Source: Euglena gracilis (Eukaryota). Taken from it: 64,000 nucleotides of DNA. The position numbers and the translations under genes were made by a program. How positions within the stretch are numbered: the first letter of the stretch is position 1; every line of letters starts with the position of its first letter. The stretch is from the NCBI GenBank assembly GCA_039621445.1, contig CP154954.1, positions 34,073,737 through 34,137,736 of the forward strand. Direction: 5' to 3'. The notes under the pieces were generated by a model. The model ran no database searches. It worked only from the letters and a program-made list of their open reading frames with translations, and had not been told where the DNA came from. Shown piece by piece: positions 25,401 through 35,598 of this stretch.

Positions 25401-25830
25401 TTGCCATTGTCCAAATCCCGCAGCGCGAAAGCGTAACCCAAGCCCAAGAGGATCACCCTCATCAGGCAGTTCTCGTTTTTCACAAAATGCGCATTCGCAA
25501 AATTCAAAATATCGATCAAGATCCACATGTTCACTGTGCGGATCCACCAACCACCCCTCACCCAAATGTCGCTATGCGACTCCTCCCCACCCAAGCCAGA
25601 GTCATCGCGATATGAGTCGCAGTTCAAAAGATCATACTTCAGCCAAAAGGCACAAGGTAGGTCAAACAACAACCTCTATCGAGGATTATCACCCGGCTTC
25701 GGGCAGGGAGGGGGATGATACCCCACGTAACCAAAGGGATCATCCCCGCTGTAGCGCTCATTTAGTCAGAGACGTATATGCGTCAAGAAAGTCAACGGCT
25801 GATATGGCCATTGGTTCGGATTTTGAGTGA
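22471..25830 (+). CDS. gag: Intact gag of element B (~1,119 aa)
   Basis: Uninterrupted ORF; strong similarity to A gag (KVKPQWDGDPTTW..FFRDWEYYW, KQLKLSQLLGQIQSAY); two CCHC knuckles. Confidence 0.88.
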   Translation: MQSSSTNTLIDYQELIGSLRSTSHELSQEEYTLQSRYTPSSIEHPHDKISSSIEHLPTPMVSSSIEHPPTPVFSSIEHPLTVIFSSTEHSPTPLSSSIEHSPHSSIEQAPTQWVPHLTVSSSIEHPPTVASSIEQLPPTPSSIEHSPTVLSSIEHSNTQRVQYLTVSSSIEHFPTHEFPHLTVFDLGDNPSAQWVQRLSACGSIEQPSAQFDCQFLLQSHAPCGNSLHEDVATVPTGTIRKQTTDVVYRMLPKEAFLHMQHSLQRLITKLEPITALFEHKNPDMGAFVTLEQFTAFQEAQQRIMQLSRESANFHHTHTQRGEGFASSTYVQQLEERLSRLERNSCRCGENSAEITSFYTHIANIASRQDAFHQRWQNNIVDIQTAIAELQNRNVVPCSHNLEFQRFSADMRDENHQVKKNFCDGPIRTEETVNQQVKKLQKDFAALSAQVSVFLEQPMAENVRNPQNTPPSKPPPQLEPISEAVHTLAVRLRELESGFGKISQDFRSFSDKIPLLDDMSKHRRRIKRLQEDIGAITDHLKILDGLEKNFGDFTENLDQVHAQLRLLPQKPDTGVVGTLAADSSSKSANSAPVAEPIGTLPQNYDSAHAVVPPPAVPVPMDHFLDDGVGFQEKAKRNPQRNRKIWEYELCRGMSRTPAHGIDPEMHQHHHSRIRDSPSLQGTYGTPSGILNAHSQNTPKSTLGATTEVPAHGAVLRPGPSSLNTTEGPWESQKDIKGIIAIAKKVKPQWDGDPTTWKQFFRDWEYYWDLKGSTHNVNPEVIKMEFVDCLPKDEKERARQLVIRGRISFQDLVEQYASSCSSLVSRITLEKKWRQYAPHDRKWRSIDLWYSKWLALAAEVDELGETQMKEQFDAVLLHFIPKLIKDIHREELAGHILTLDERWNYVSKQLKLSQLLGQIQSAYTSHPTAEIPAIQVNYVKKVSRLSHTAIAESKLRNSRSSEEFSDKLCFLCNKKGHISCHCPNPAARKRNPSPRGSPSSGSSRFSQNAHSQNSKYRSRSTCSLCGSTNHPSPKCRYATPPHPSQSHRDMSRSSKDHTSAKRHKVGQTTTSIEDYHPASGREGDDTPRNQRDHPRCSAHLVRDVYASRKSTADMAIGSDFE
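22587..23095 (+). repeat. In-frame minisatellite encoding SSIEH-P repeats in gag B
   Basis: About 12 copies of agctctat(c/t/a)gagca with frame-preserving spacers. Confidence 0.88.
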
Positions 25831-26520
25831 AGGAACCAAAAATCCAAGGATGCGGACTACAGAGGCTACTAGAAAGGAGGTGACAGGAGTCGCGACCCTA
25901 GTCATCCCCTGCCCAGTATCCTTTCTGGTCAGTGTGCAAGGATTTTCTGGTGTCCCCGCTCAAAATTTACATGAACCTTTGACATATACACACTTTTGTG
26001 TTTCCAGTTGTGGTGCATCGTGGGATACCCCATGTATGGCCATGTGGTTGAGTGGATTCCCCCTCCAAAAATGCACACAACACCGCAAAATTCTTCCCCC
26101 CCTCAAACTTCCACTAATCATCACTTTTACATACCGTTTTCGATGACAGCAACACCGTTTTCAACAACACCAACACCGTTTTCAACCCGGGGTAAAGAGA
26201 AAGTGCCCCCCCTACCCACCGCATATCCACAAACGTTCCACATGCGGTAGGGGTAACAAGTAGCTCAACCCGGATCGTTTCACTGGGTTCCAAGACGAAA
26301 GCCCAAAGGCCTGAAATTCGAATGGTGTCGAGTAGTCGCCCAGCTGCTTTCATTTTTCGTTATCCACCAGGTTTGTCGATTGCAGACAATCCTGTACACC
26401 CCCCGCAGCTCAAATTCGCATACAATTTTTCTTACACACTCCCCCCCCAGACCAACATGCGCGACAAGGACAACTACTCAGCACCCCCCCCCAAAGCGTA
26501 CACTCTGGGAAAAATATCAA
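25831..26520 (+). pseudogene. Degenerate pol remnant (spacer region only) of element B
   Basis: gtttcactgggttccaagacgaaagcccaaaggcctgaa and cagaccaacatgcgcgac match the reverse complement of A 7300-7520; no PR, RT or IN motifs remain. Confidence 0.7.
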
Positions 26521-26579
26521 CACAACCAACAACCAAACACCAAAGGAAATAACTGACACCAAACTAATCACCACCCCCG

Positions 26580-26960
26580 CGCCTATGGCGCCCCGCCACT
26601 CAAGCGCCAATGGCACCCACCACCCCCCGCGCCTTTGGCGCCTCCCTGCGCATATTGCGCAAAGTGCGTACAGCACAGACGCTGCGCCTATGGCGCCACC
26701 CACCCTCGCGCATAGCGCAAATCTTGCGCATAATGCCCCCCCCCCCCCCTGCGCTTATGGCGCCCCCAACCACCGCGCCTATGGCGCTCACACCCCCGCG
26801 CATATTGCGCTCCCCACGCGCATGGCGCTCATAATTGTTTTGCACACCGCGCATAGCGCACCTCCCCACCGCGCATGGTGCGCAGCCCGCAAACAGCCCC
26901 CCCCCCACAAGATGCGCCGCCCCCCCCACCCCCCACCCGTGCATAGCACAAATCTCGCAT
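26580..26960. repeat. GCGC-palindrome / C-run array (copy in B)
   Basis: Same pattern as 80-460. Confidence 0.75.
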
Positions 26961-29900
26961 AATTGCGTATATCTTACAAATGGGTATCTGCCCAACCCAA
27001 CCATATTCTTTTGGGAATAGGTCCCAAAGATGTTTGTGTACATATTTCATGATGGCATTTTGTTGTTGATATGTAAACCACATGCTCAAAATGCAGATTT
27101 GGTTTACTTCAGCAACAAAAGTAGCCGCCCCCCCCCCCTCTTTGACCACGAACTTGTTGGTCAAATTGGCAAACACCAAAGGTGTTTTGATCGTTCAAGC
27201 GCACAATTGTGCTCACTTCAAAGTTATTTGCAAAAACACAAGGTGTGTGATAAGTTTTTTGGGATACATTGCAAATACTGCATTTTTTCCCATGAACTTG
27301 CACAGCATTGTGAAGAACAGCTATTTTGTGAACAAAATGGCCTTTTTCTTATTGCAGAAGTGAATCCCGATAGGGAAATAAGTTGAATTCCTCGAGAAAA
27401 TCTGCCAACTAGTTGGCCCCCGCCCCCGCCCCGCCCCCCCGCCCCCCCCCCCCCCCCCCCCCCCAAATGAATAAATTCATTCAAACATGCATTTTTTGTG
27501 GACTTGACCACTTAGCCTTAGGTCTATGTGACCAATACACCCTATGATGTGCAAGGCCTATGGGCCGTTACCCATGTGGTCCATGGGTCCATAGGACCAA
27601 TTTGCACAAAATGCAAGGACCAAAAGGACCAAAGGCCCACAATTCCATATTATAAAGTGAAAAGTCCATAGGACCTCAAAAAATGGCACAAAAAGCCATA
27701 TCACATGGCTGAAAGTGGCTGAATTGGCCAAAACAAGCCAAATAGGCTAGTTTTATGCAGATTTGCATAAGTGTCACTTTGGCATAGCCTCAAAACCACC
27801 ACAAAAGCTTCAAAATTTCTGGCACCTCGTGCCATGAGGTTTTGACTGTATGTAGTAGTGCCTATGAGATAGAAACCAAAAGTTGTCTTTGTAGAATAAA
27901 TTATGGACGCTCATAGCAAAAGCTCACTCACACAGTCAAAAGATCAAAGACGTATCTCAGCGTCCGTAGCTGGCCGATAGGCCATGTTACCCCTCATTCG
28001 AAAGCTCGTTGGACGAGCCGTCCAGCGATGCTATCAGATCGCTGTAACTCTGCACGGTACTCTTATTTGAAGAGATCGTGAAATTTTGAATTAGGCCCAG
28101 CCAATTTGGCCAAACCCAACTTTTTTCAGCCAGATGTTGTACGATCGTGTACCACACTGGCAAATCAGCCTGAAAGGCTTCTATACTGTTCCCTACATCG
28201 TTTCTGATGGCTAATTACCATTGGTTACCAGTTTGGCTAATGGCCATTTTTTAGTACCTTTGGCAGCATTCTGCCCATTGCCCCCTCTGTATGGCCTATT
28301 AGGCCTGGTACAGTTCAGAGGGCTATAGCCCACAATTTGGAGTCATTTCGACTCACTAGAATCATTTTTAGGAGCACTTATGTGCAAATTTTCATTTAAA
28401 TCATTGATTTTCTGCAATTTTTGGTGATTTTTCCCTATTCTGGCACTCATATCCCTAATGGGAGTGACCATGAGGCACTATGCCAGAGTGGAATGCAAAG
28501 GGATATGCTGATAATGGCAATTTTTCCTTTGCTCAAGATGTCATAGACATGTTTTACTTGTATTTTCAAGCGTATTTTTGCTTTTTTTTGCGATATTCTG
28601 CACAATTTCACAGCTTTTGGGGTGATGTGGTGTTATTAGACACCCAAAACCCAAAATCTTTACAACAACAAACATGCAGTGTTATTGGACACTCTCAACA
28701 AGCACTATGTGCACTTGGCAAATTTGCAGTCTTAAATGACTCAAAATGCAACAAAGTTGCACTTTTGGCAACAAAAATGCAACTTTAGACGCAGAATCTG
28801 CATTTCTGCCCTAAATCCTGATAGGGATTTCCACAAAAATCTGACAAAAGTCAGTATTTCTCAGTGGCATAGTCACTAATGATGAGATTTTGTCATGTTT
28901 GCAGTATTTTTTTCTGCTTACCACACTAACGGCATTCTTGCCCCCCCCCCCCACTTTATTCAGTGGGACCCCCTTACCGATATAATTCGGACCCCCCCCC
29001 ACTTTATTTAGTGGGACCCCCTTACCGATATAATTCGGAGGACCCAATGGTCATCATGTGCAACACCAATGGTGTCATTCTGCAAGGTTTATAAGAACCA
29101 TAGCTCAAAAATGGTGAAATCCAGCTTTTTTTGATGAATTTCACCGCAGTGGAACAATGTTCCATCCTTTTATGTGCATTCACAGTTCATTTGCGGTTTT
29201 TCAAAGTGGTATAAGCCACACCAACCACAGTTGTTCTGTGATTTGGCAGCAGCCTGCCACAATTCCGCATTTTTTCTGCGGTTGTACACATCAGTATGAT
29301 CTTTTTGGCAATCTGCCGAAATTTTTGATTCGGGTATACACCCATTAGTATTTTTGTGCCATGCATATTCCGCAAGGCAATGTTTCTGGGCGATAAAGCC
29401 TACCCCCCCCATTATTTTTGGCTAATGCCAACCCTTCAGCCTACAGGCTGCACACCCATGGCACAAATGCCAAATCTACAGTTTTTAGGGCTACTGCCCG
29501 CTATTATGAGGTATACGCCTCTGGGGATACCCCATCGACAACATCGTGCTCGCGCTGCACTGTGAAGACTTCATAGCGGTATATGCCGCAGTAAGAAGAC
29601 GCACAGCGTACAGCGCGCACACCGTAATAATAGGGCCAACTTGTTACTTTTCGGCCTTAAGGCCCCCATAAGACTGCCAGACAGCAAAAATGCTTTGTAA
29701 GGTCTTTAGACCAGCCCCCCACCCCTCTCTCCTTTCCCCCCCGGGCAAAACCGCTGTCGCCGGCAGTTGGTTTTGTAAATAGGCTTTCTTCCCTGGTCAG
29801 GTATGACTGGCCAGGTGCCCCTCCTTCCACACCCTACCTCTACAATCTTTTCCGATCATGGAATGAGACCACCACAAGTGCCATAGGCACACCCCAAACC

Positions 29901-30199
29901 GGGCGGATGGGACTCTCTGGAATGGAAACCTTCCAGCCCAATTTTCCAATGGGCTCTTCCACTTCCACCCCTTTACCGCAATAAGTAGGTAGCCGCATAA
30001 GCGGGTAACCTCTTTTGCGCGTTTTGGGTTTTTGGGTTCCCCTCCCTTTCTTCCTTCCCTTTCTGGTTTTTTTACCTTGTGATGGAGAAGCAGACCCAAG
30101 ATATGCTTTCCTGGTGTACATTCCCCAGTCTTAGAGCTACGCTTGAATCCTTGCTGGCCTGGTCCAGTAAGGAAATCGGGCAAAGCCCTGGGAGGGGGA

Positions 30200-30609
30200 T
30201 GTGTACCAGGCAGCATGAACATGGCACTGTGCATAGCAGCAGACTGCGAAATGTACAATGTCATGCCAGATAGTACTATTCCATGTTCTGCAATACAAAT
30301 TGCAGAATTAGGAATAGCCTATCCTATCTCGGATCTGCCTTCCCTTTCACAGGTGGTATTATTTTATTCTTCTCATCAAAAGCCTGATCAAAGGCAATTT
30401 CAATTCCAACACTCCGATTGGAGAACACTTGTGGAACTAGTTTCCAAAGAAACCCTCTGGTTTGCCTTGTGCTCTGCATAAGCCCAAAGGCAATAAAAAC
30501 TAATAGTTAAGTGAAAGACTTTCTTTTTTGTTACTCTCCTGGTTCTGTTCCCACGGGAGGGTGTAAGTAGGCCGACAGGCAGTGGGAATAGAGTCAGGGG
30601 ACGTACACT
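30200..30609 (+). repeat. 3' LTR of element B
   Basis: Preceded by PPT; followed by TSD AATGG. Confidence 0.93.
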
Positions 30610-30614
30610 AATGG

Positions 30615-31219
30615 CCCGTGAGTTCCAGATCGACGCTGGGGCAATGCGCCTCGCCGTCGAGGAACACGCCAAGGTAAGAATGCCTTACCTCTGGACTGAT
30701 GGCGAGTGGGAGACACAGGTTTACCCCCTGTTCTCCAAGCGTCAGCATGGCGGATACGCCTTGCCACTGTGGCCTCCTGAAGAACACGATTTGGTGGACT
30801 TCAGAGGTTGGTTGGCGGCTGTATTACGGCCCCATACCGCAAGAGCTCGGACAGCGAGGTGGATGTATGACATCAACTTCAAGCAGACCCCGGGGATGCC
30901 CCCGAACGTGCCTGCGAATCACCCCCGGATGAATTACATCATCTGGCCGGTGATGCTGCCCAGAATTTTCTGGGAGCAACTCCAACGGTATCTTCAGCAT
31001 CATGCTGAACGTACCAGGGAGAAGCTGCCGGATAATTGGATCAAGGACTGGGAGACCCCTTCCTTTGATGTCAACGATCCGGAGCTCAACACCATTCGGA
31101 GTGAATCAGCTCCGCCGCGTTCCCCACGCCAACTGGAGTTGGTTGAGGACCCATTAGGGGACCCCCAATACGACTACTGGCGTGAGGTGCGCGAACGTCT
31201 AGCCGATAAAGGCAGGTGA
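30615..31219 (+). pseudogene. Accessory ORF3, segment 3 (C-terminal Trp-rich part)
   Basis: In-frame continuation after removing B (ESYRHTGM|AREFQIDAG); ends at TGA 31217-31219. Confidence 0.78.
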
Positions 31220-32032
31220 GGTGTCTGTCAGCACCAATGCGGCGTCTTTCAGAACCCTCGTCAGCTATTCGCCTGACACCCTGTTTGGGTATTCGCCCGA
31301 ACAGCCCCTTCGAAGACCCGTTGCGGTATTCGCCGCTAGTAAGTTCCCACCGGGATGCTGCCATGTGCAGGATTCCGTGCGCATGCATGCACACCCCTCT
31401 CCCCTCTCCCCTCTCGCGGGCGTGCGACACGCAGCGCACAGGGCCGACGGCCTCTTTTCCTTTCCCTTTCTTTTCTTTTCGGCCGTTTGAGGCCTTAAGG
31501 CTGCCAGACAGCACCATTTTTCTGGCCTAAGCCAACCCCCCACTCCTCTCTACTTTCCCCCCGGGGCAAATGCTGTCGCCGGCAGTTGGTTTTGTAGAGT
31601 AGGATTTCCTTTTGCGTGGTCAGGTTTGACTGGCCATGCGCCCTGCCCAGGTTTGACTGGTCAGAGGCCCCCTCCTTCCACACCCTCCCCATGGGTTTTC
31701 CTGGAATGCCCATGGACCCAACCCCAAGTGCCTTGGGCACACCCAAACTGGGTGGATGGGTTTGCTTGGCAAGGAAACCTGCCAGCCCCATTTTCCCCAA
31801 TGGGCTATAATATACTATATACCCATAAGCCACCGCAGAATAGGTGAAACCATTTTGCGCGTTTTGGGCTTTTTGGGTCCCCTCCTTTCCGCCCCCCCCC
31901 TTTGAGTGGACCCCTGTGCGACGGAAAGGGCCCCTGTGGATGCGCCAGGGTGCACCTCCCACAGACCAGGTCTGTGTCCGAAATCCCTGTGGCCAGAATG
32001 CCTGGTCCAAAGGGGAAATCGGGCATAGCCCT

Positions 32033-32042
32033 GGGAGGGGGA
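32033..32042 (+). promoter_or_regulatory. Polypurine tract of element A
   Basis: GGGAGGGGGA immediately before the 3' LTR; same tract precedes the B and C 3' LTRs. Confidence 0.88.
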
Positions 32043-32356
32043 TGTGTACCAGGCGTATGCTTCTGTCCCCTTCCGTTGAGGAAGTTAGGATGGAAGCAGA
32101 TCCTATTAGGATCTCCTAATGGGTGCCCCTTCTCTCTCCACAGGTGGTATTCTTATTCTGTTTGTCTTTCCTTTTCTCCGGACCGGACTTGGTTATCCAG
32201 TCCGTCCTCCCTGCATTGCTCTGTGCTTTGCTTCTTGGGAAGTGGGAAAAGGGTTTTTACTGTTACTCTGATTTTCAGTTCCCAAGTAGGTGCGCCAAGG
32301 CGAAAGCGAAGGCTTTTGGGAATTGGGAAAGGGGAATTGGGAATCAGACGTACACT
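32043..32356 (+). repeat. 3' LTR of element A
   Basis: Direct repeat of 782-1095, followed by TSD ATTTT and resumption of element C sequence. Confidence 0.93.
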
Positions 32357-35185
32357 ATTTTTCCCATGAACTTGCACAGCTTTGTGAAGAACAGCTATTT
32401 TGTGAACAAAATGGCATTTTTCTTATTGCAGAAGTGAATCCCGATAGGGAAATAAGTTGAATTCCTTGAGAAAATCTGCAACATAGTTGCCCCGCCCCAA
32501 AAATAATGAAGAAAATTCATTCAAACATGCATTTTTGTGGACTTGACCACTTAGCCTTAGGTCTATGTGACCAACACACCCTATGATGTGCAAGGCCTAT
32601 GGGGCCTTATTACCCACGTGGTCCATGGGTCCATAGGACCAATTTGCACAAAATGCAAGGACCAAAAGTACCAAAGGTCCACAAATCCATATTATAAAGT
32701 GAAAAGTCCATAGGACCTCAAAAAATGGCACAAAAAGCCATATTACATGGCTGAAAGTGGCTGAATTGGCCAAAACAAGCCAAATAAGCTAGTTTTATGC
32801 AGATTTGCACAAGTGTCACTTTGGCATAGCCTCAAAACCACCACAAAAGCTTCAAAATTTCTGGCACCTCGTGCCATGAGGTTTTGACGGTATGTAGTAG
32901 TGCCTATGAGATAGGAACCAAAAGTTGTCTTTGTAGAATAAATTATGGGAGCTTATAGCAAAAGCTCACTCACACAGGCAAAAGATCAAAGACGTATCTC
33001 AGCGCCTGTAGCTGGCCGATAGGCCATGTTACCCCTCATTCGAAAGCTCGTTGGACGAGCCGTCCAGCGATGCTATCAGATCGCTGTGACTCTGCACGGT
33101 ACTCTTATTTGAGGAGATCGTGAAATTGAATTAAGCCCAGCCAATTTGGCCAAAAGCCAAATATGGGGCCATATCTTGTACGATCGTGCACCAGACTGGC
33201 AAATCAGCCTGAAAGGCTTCTATACTGTTCCCTACATCGTTTCTGATGGCTAATTACCATTGGTTACCAGTTTGGCTAATGGCCATTTTTAAGCTCCTTT
33301 GGCAGCATTCTGCCCATTACCCCCTCTGTATGGGCTATTAGGCCTGGTACAGTTCAGAGGGCTATAGCCCACAATTTGGAGTCATTTCGACTCACTAGAA
33401 CCATTTTTAGGAGCACTTATGTGCAAATTTTCATTTAAATCATTGATTTTCTGCAATTTTTGGTGATTTTCCCCTATTCTGGCACTCATATCCCTAATGG
33501 GAGTGACCATGAGGCACTATGCCAGAGTGGAATGCAAAGGGATATGCTGATAATGGCAATTTTTCCTTTGCTCAAGATGTCATAGACATGTTTTACTTGT
33601 ATTTTCAAGCGTATTTTTGCTTTTTGCGATATTTTTGCACAATTTTACAGCTTTTTGGGTGATGTGGTGTTATTAGACACCCAAATCCCAAAATCTGTAC
33701 AACAACAAACATGCAGTGTTATTGGACACTCTCAACAAGCACTATGTGCACTTGGCAATTGCAGTCTTAAATGACTCAAAATGCAACAAAGTTGCACTTT
33801 TGGTGACAAAAATGCAATTCTCGACGCAGAATCTGCATTTCTGCCCTAAATCCTGACAGGGATTTCCCTAAAAATCTGACAAAAGTCAGTATTTCTCAGT
33901 GGCATAGTCACAAATGATGAGATTTTGGCATATTTGCAGTATTTTTTTCTGCTTACCACACTAACGGCATTCTTGCCCCACCCCCCCCTCACTTTATTCC
34001 GTGGGACCTTACCGATATAATTCGGAGGACCCAATGGTCATCATGTGCAACACCAATGGTGTCATTCTGCAAGGTTTATAAGAACCATAGCTCAAAAATG
34101 GTGAAATCCAGCTTTTTGTGATGAATTTCACCGCACTGGAACAATGTTCCATCCTTTTATGTGCATTCACAGTTCATTTGCGGTTTTTCAAAGTGGTATA
34201 AGCCACACCAATTACAGTTGTTCTGTGATTTGGCAGCAGCCTGCCACAATTCCGCATTTTTTCTGCGGTTGTACACCTCACTATGAATTTTTGGCAATCT
34301 GCCGAATTTTTTTGATTCGGGTATACACCCAGTAGTATTTTTGTGCCATGCGTATTCCGCAAGGCAATTTTTCTGGGCGATAAAGCCTACCCCCACCATT
34401 ATTTTTGGCTAATGCCAACCCTTCAGCCTACAGGCTGCACACCCAAGGCACAAATGCCAAATCTACAGTTTTTAGGGCTACTGCCCGCTATTCTGAGGTA
34501 TACGCCTCTGGGGATACCCCATCGGCAACATCGTGTCCGTGCCGCGCTGCGAAGTCTTCCCCAGCGGTATAGGCCGCCATTAAGAAGACGCACAGCGCAC
34601 AGCGCGCACACCGTAATAATAGTTCCCAACTTGTTACTTTTCGGCCTTAAGGCCACCATAAGACTGCCAGACAGCAAAAATTCTTTGTAAGGTCTTTAGA
34701 CCAGCCCCCCACTCCTCTCCCCTTTCCCTCCCGGGCAAAATCGCTGTCGCCGGCAGTTGGTTTTGTAAATAGGTTTACCTCCCTGGTCAGATACGACTGG
34801 CCAGGTGCCCCTCCTTCCACACCCTACCCTTGCAATCTTTTCCGATTATGGAATGAGACCACCCAAAGTGCCATAGGCACACCCCAAACGGGGTGGACGG
34901 GACTTTCTGGAATGGAAACCTTCCAGCCCCATTTTCCAATGGGCTCTTCCACTTCCACCCCTTTACCGCAATAAGTAGGTAGCCGCATAAGCGGGTAACC
35001 TCTTTTGCGCGTTTTGGGTTTTATGGGTTCCCCTCTCTTCCTTCCGTTTCTGGTTTTTGACCTTGTGATGGAGAAGCAGACCCAAGACATGCGTTCCTGA
35101 TGTACATTCCTCAGTCTCAGAGCTCTGCTTGAATCCTTGCTGGCCTGGTCCAGTAAGGAAATCGGGCAAAGCCCTGGGAGGGGGA

Positions 35186-35598
35186 TGTGTACCAGGCAGC
35201 ATGAACATGGCACTGTGCATAGCAGCAGACTGCAGAATGTACAATGTTATGCCAGATAGTACTGTTCCAAGTTCTGCAATACATGTTGCAGAATTAGGAA
35301 TAGCCTATCCTATCTCGGATCTGCCTTCTCTTTTCACAGGTGGTATTGTTATTCTGTTTCACATTTCATTAGCCCAAAAGGGCAAACCAAGATTTCAAGT
35401 TCAACACTCCGATAGGAGGACATTGGAGGAACGAGTTTCCAAACAAATCCCTCTCTTTGCCTTGTGCTCTGCCCAAAGGCAATAAAAACTAATAGTTAAG
35501 TGAAAGATTTTCTTTTTTGTTACTCTCCTGGTTCTGTTCCCACGGGAGGGTGTAAGTAGGCCGACAGGCAGTGGGAATAGAGTCAGTGGACGTACACT
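35186..35598 (+). repeat. 3' LTR of element C (diverged B-type LTR)
   Basis: PPT + TGTGTACCAGGCAGC...GACGTACACT, then satellite (ggcgtccgttac). Confidence 0.9.

Larger units (their letters stand above)
21821..30609 (+). mobile_element. Young gag-only non-autonomous LTR element B nested in ORF3 of A
   Basis: 410-bp LTRs (21821-22230, 30200-30609) with no differences seen; TSD AATGG (21816-21820, 30610-30614); PBS 22231-22240; PPT 30190-30199. Confidence 0.93.
782..32356 (+). mobile_element. Ty3/gypsy chromovirus-type LTR retrotransposon A (rearranged, with nested insertions)
   Basis: 314-bp LTR pair (782-1095, 32043-32356), TSD ATTTT (777-781, 32357-32361), PBS, PPT, gag, and PR-RT-RH-IN-chromodomain order. 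Confidence 0.9.
1..35598 (+). mobile_element. Outer LTR retroelement C (same family as element B; 5' part outside window), interrupted by element A
   Basis: 1-776 matches B internal 26500-27280 and 32362-35185 matches B 27285-30199. It ends in PPT GGGAGGGGGA plus a 3' LTR (35186-35598) joined directly to satellite. Confidence 0.85.

Noticed and set aside
15225-31219. Calling ORF3 an env gene
   Set aside because: Position fits, but no evident signal peptide, fusion peptide or C-terminal transmembrane segment.
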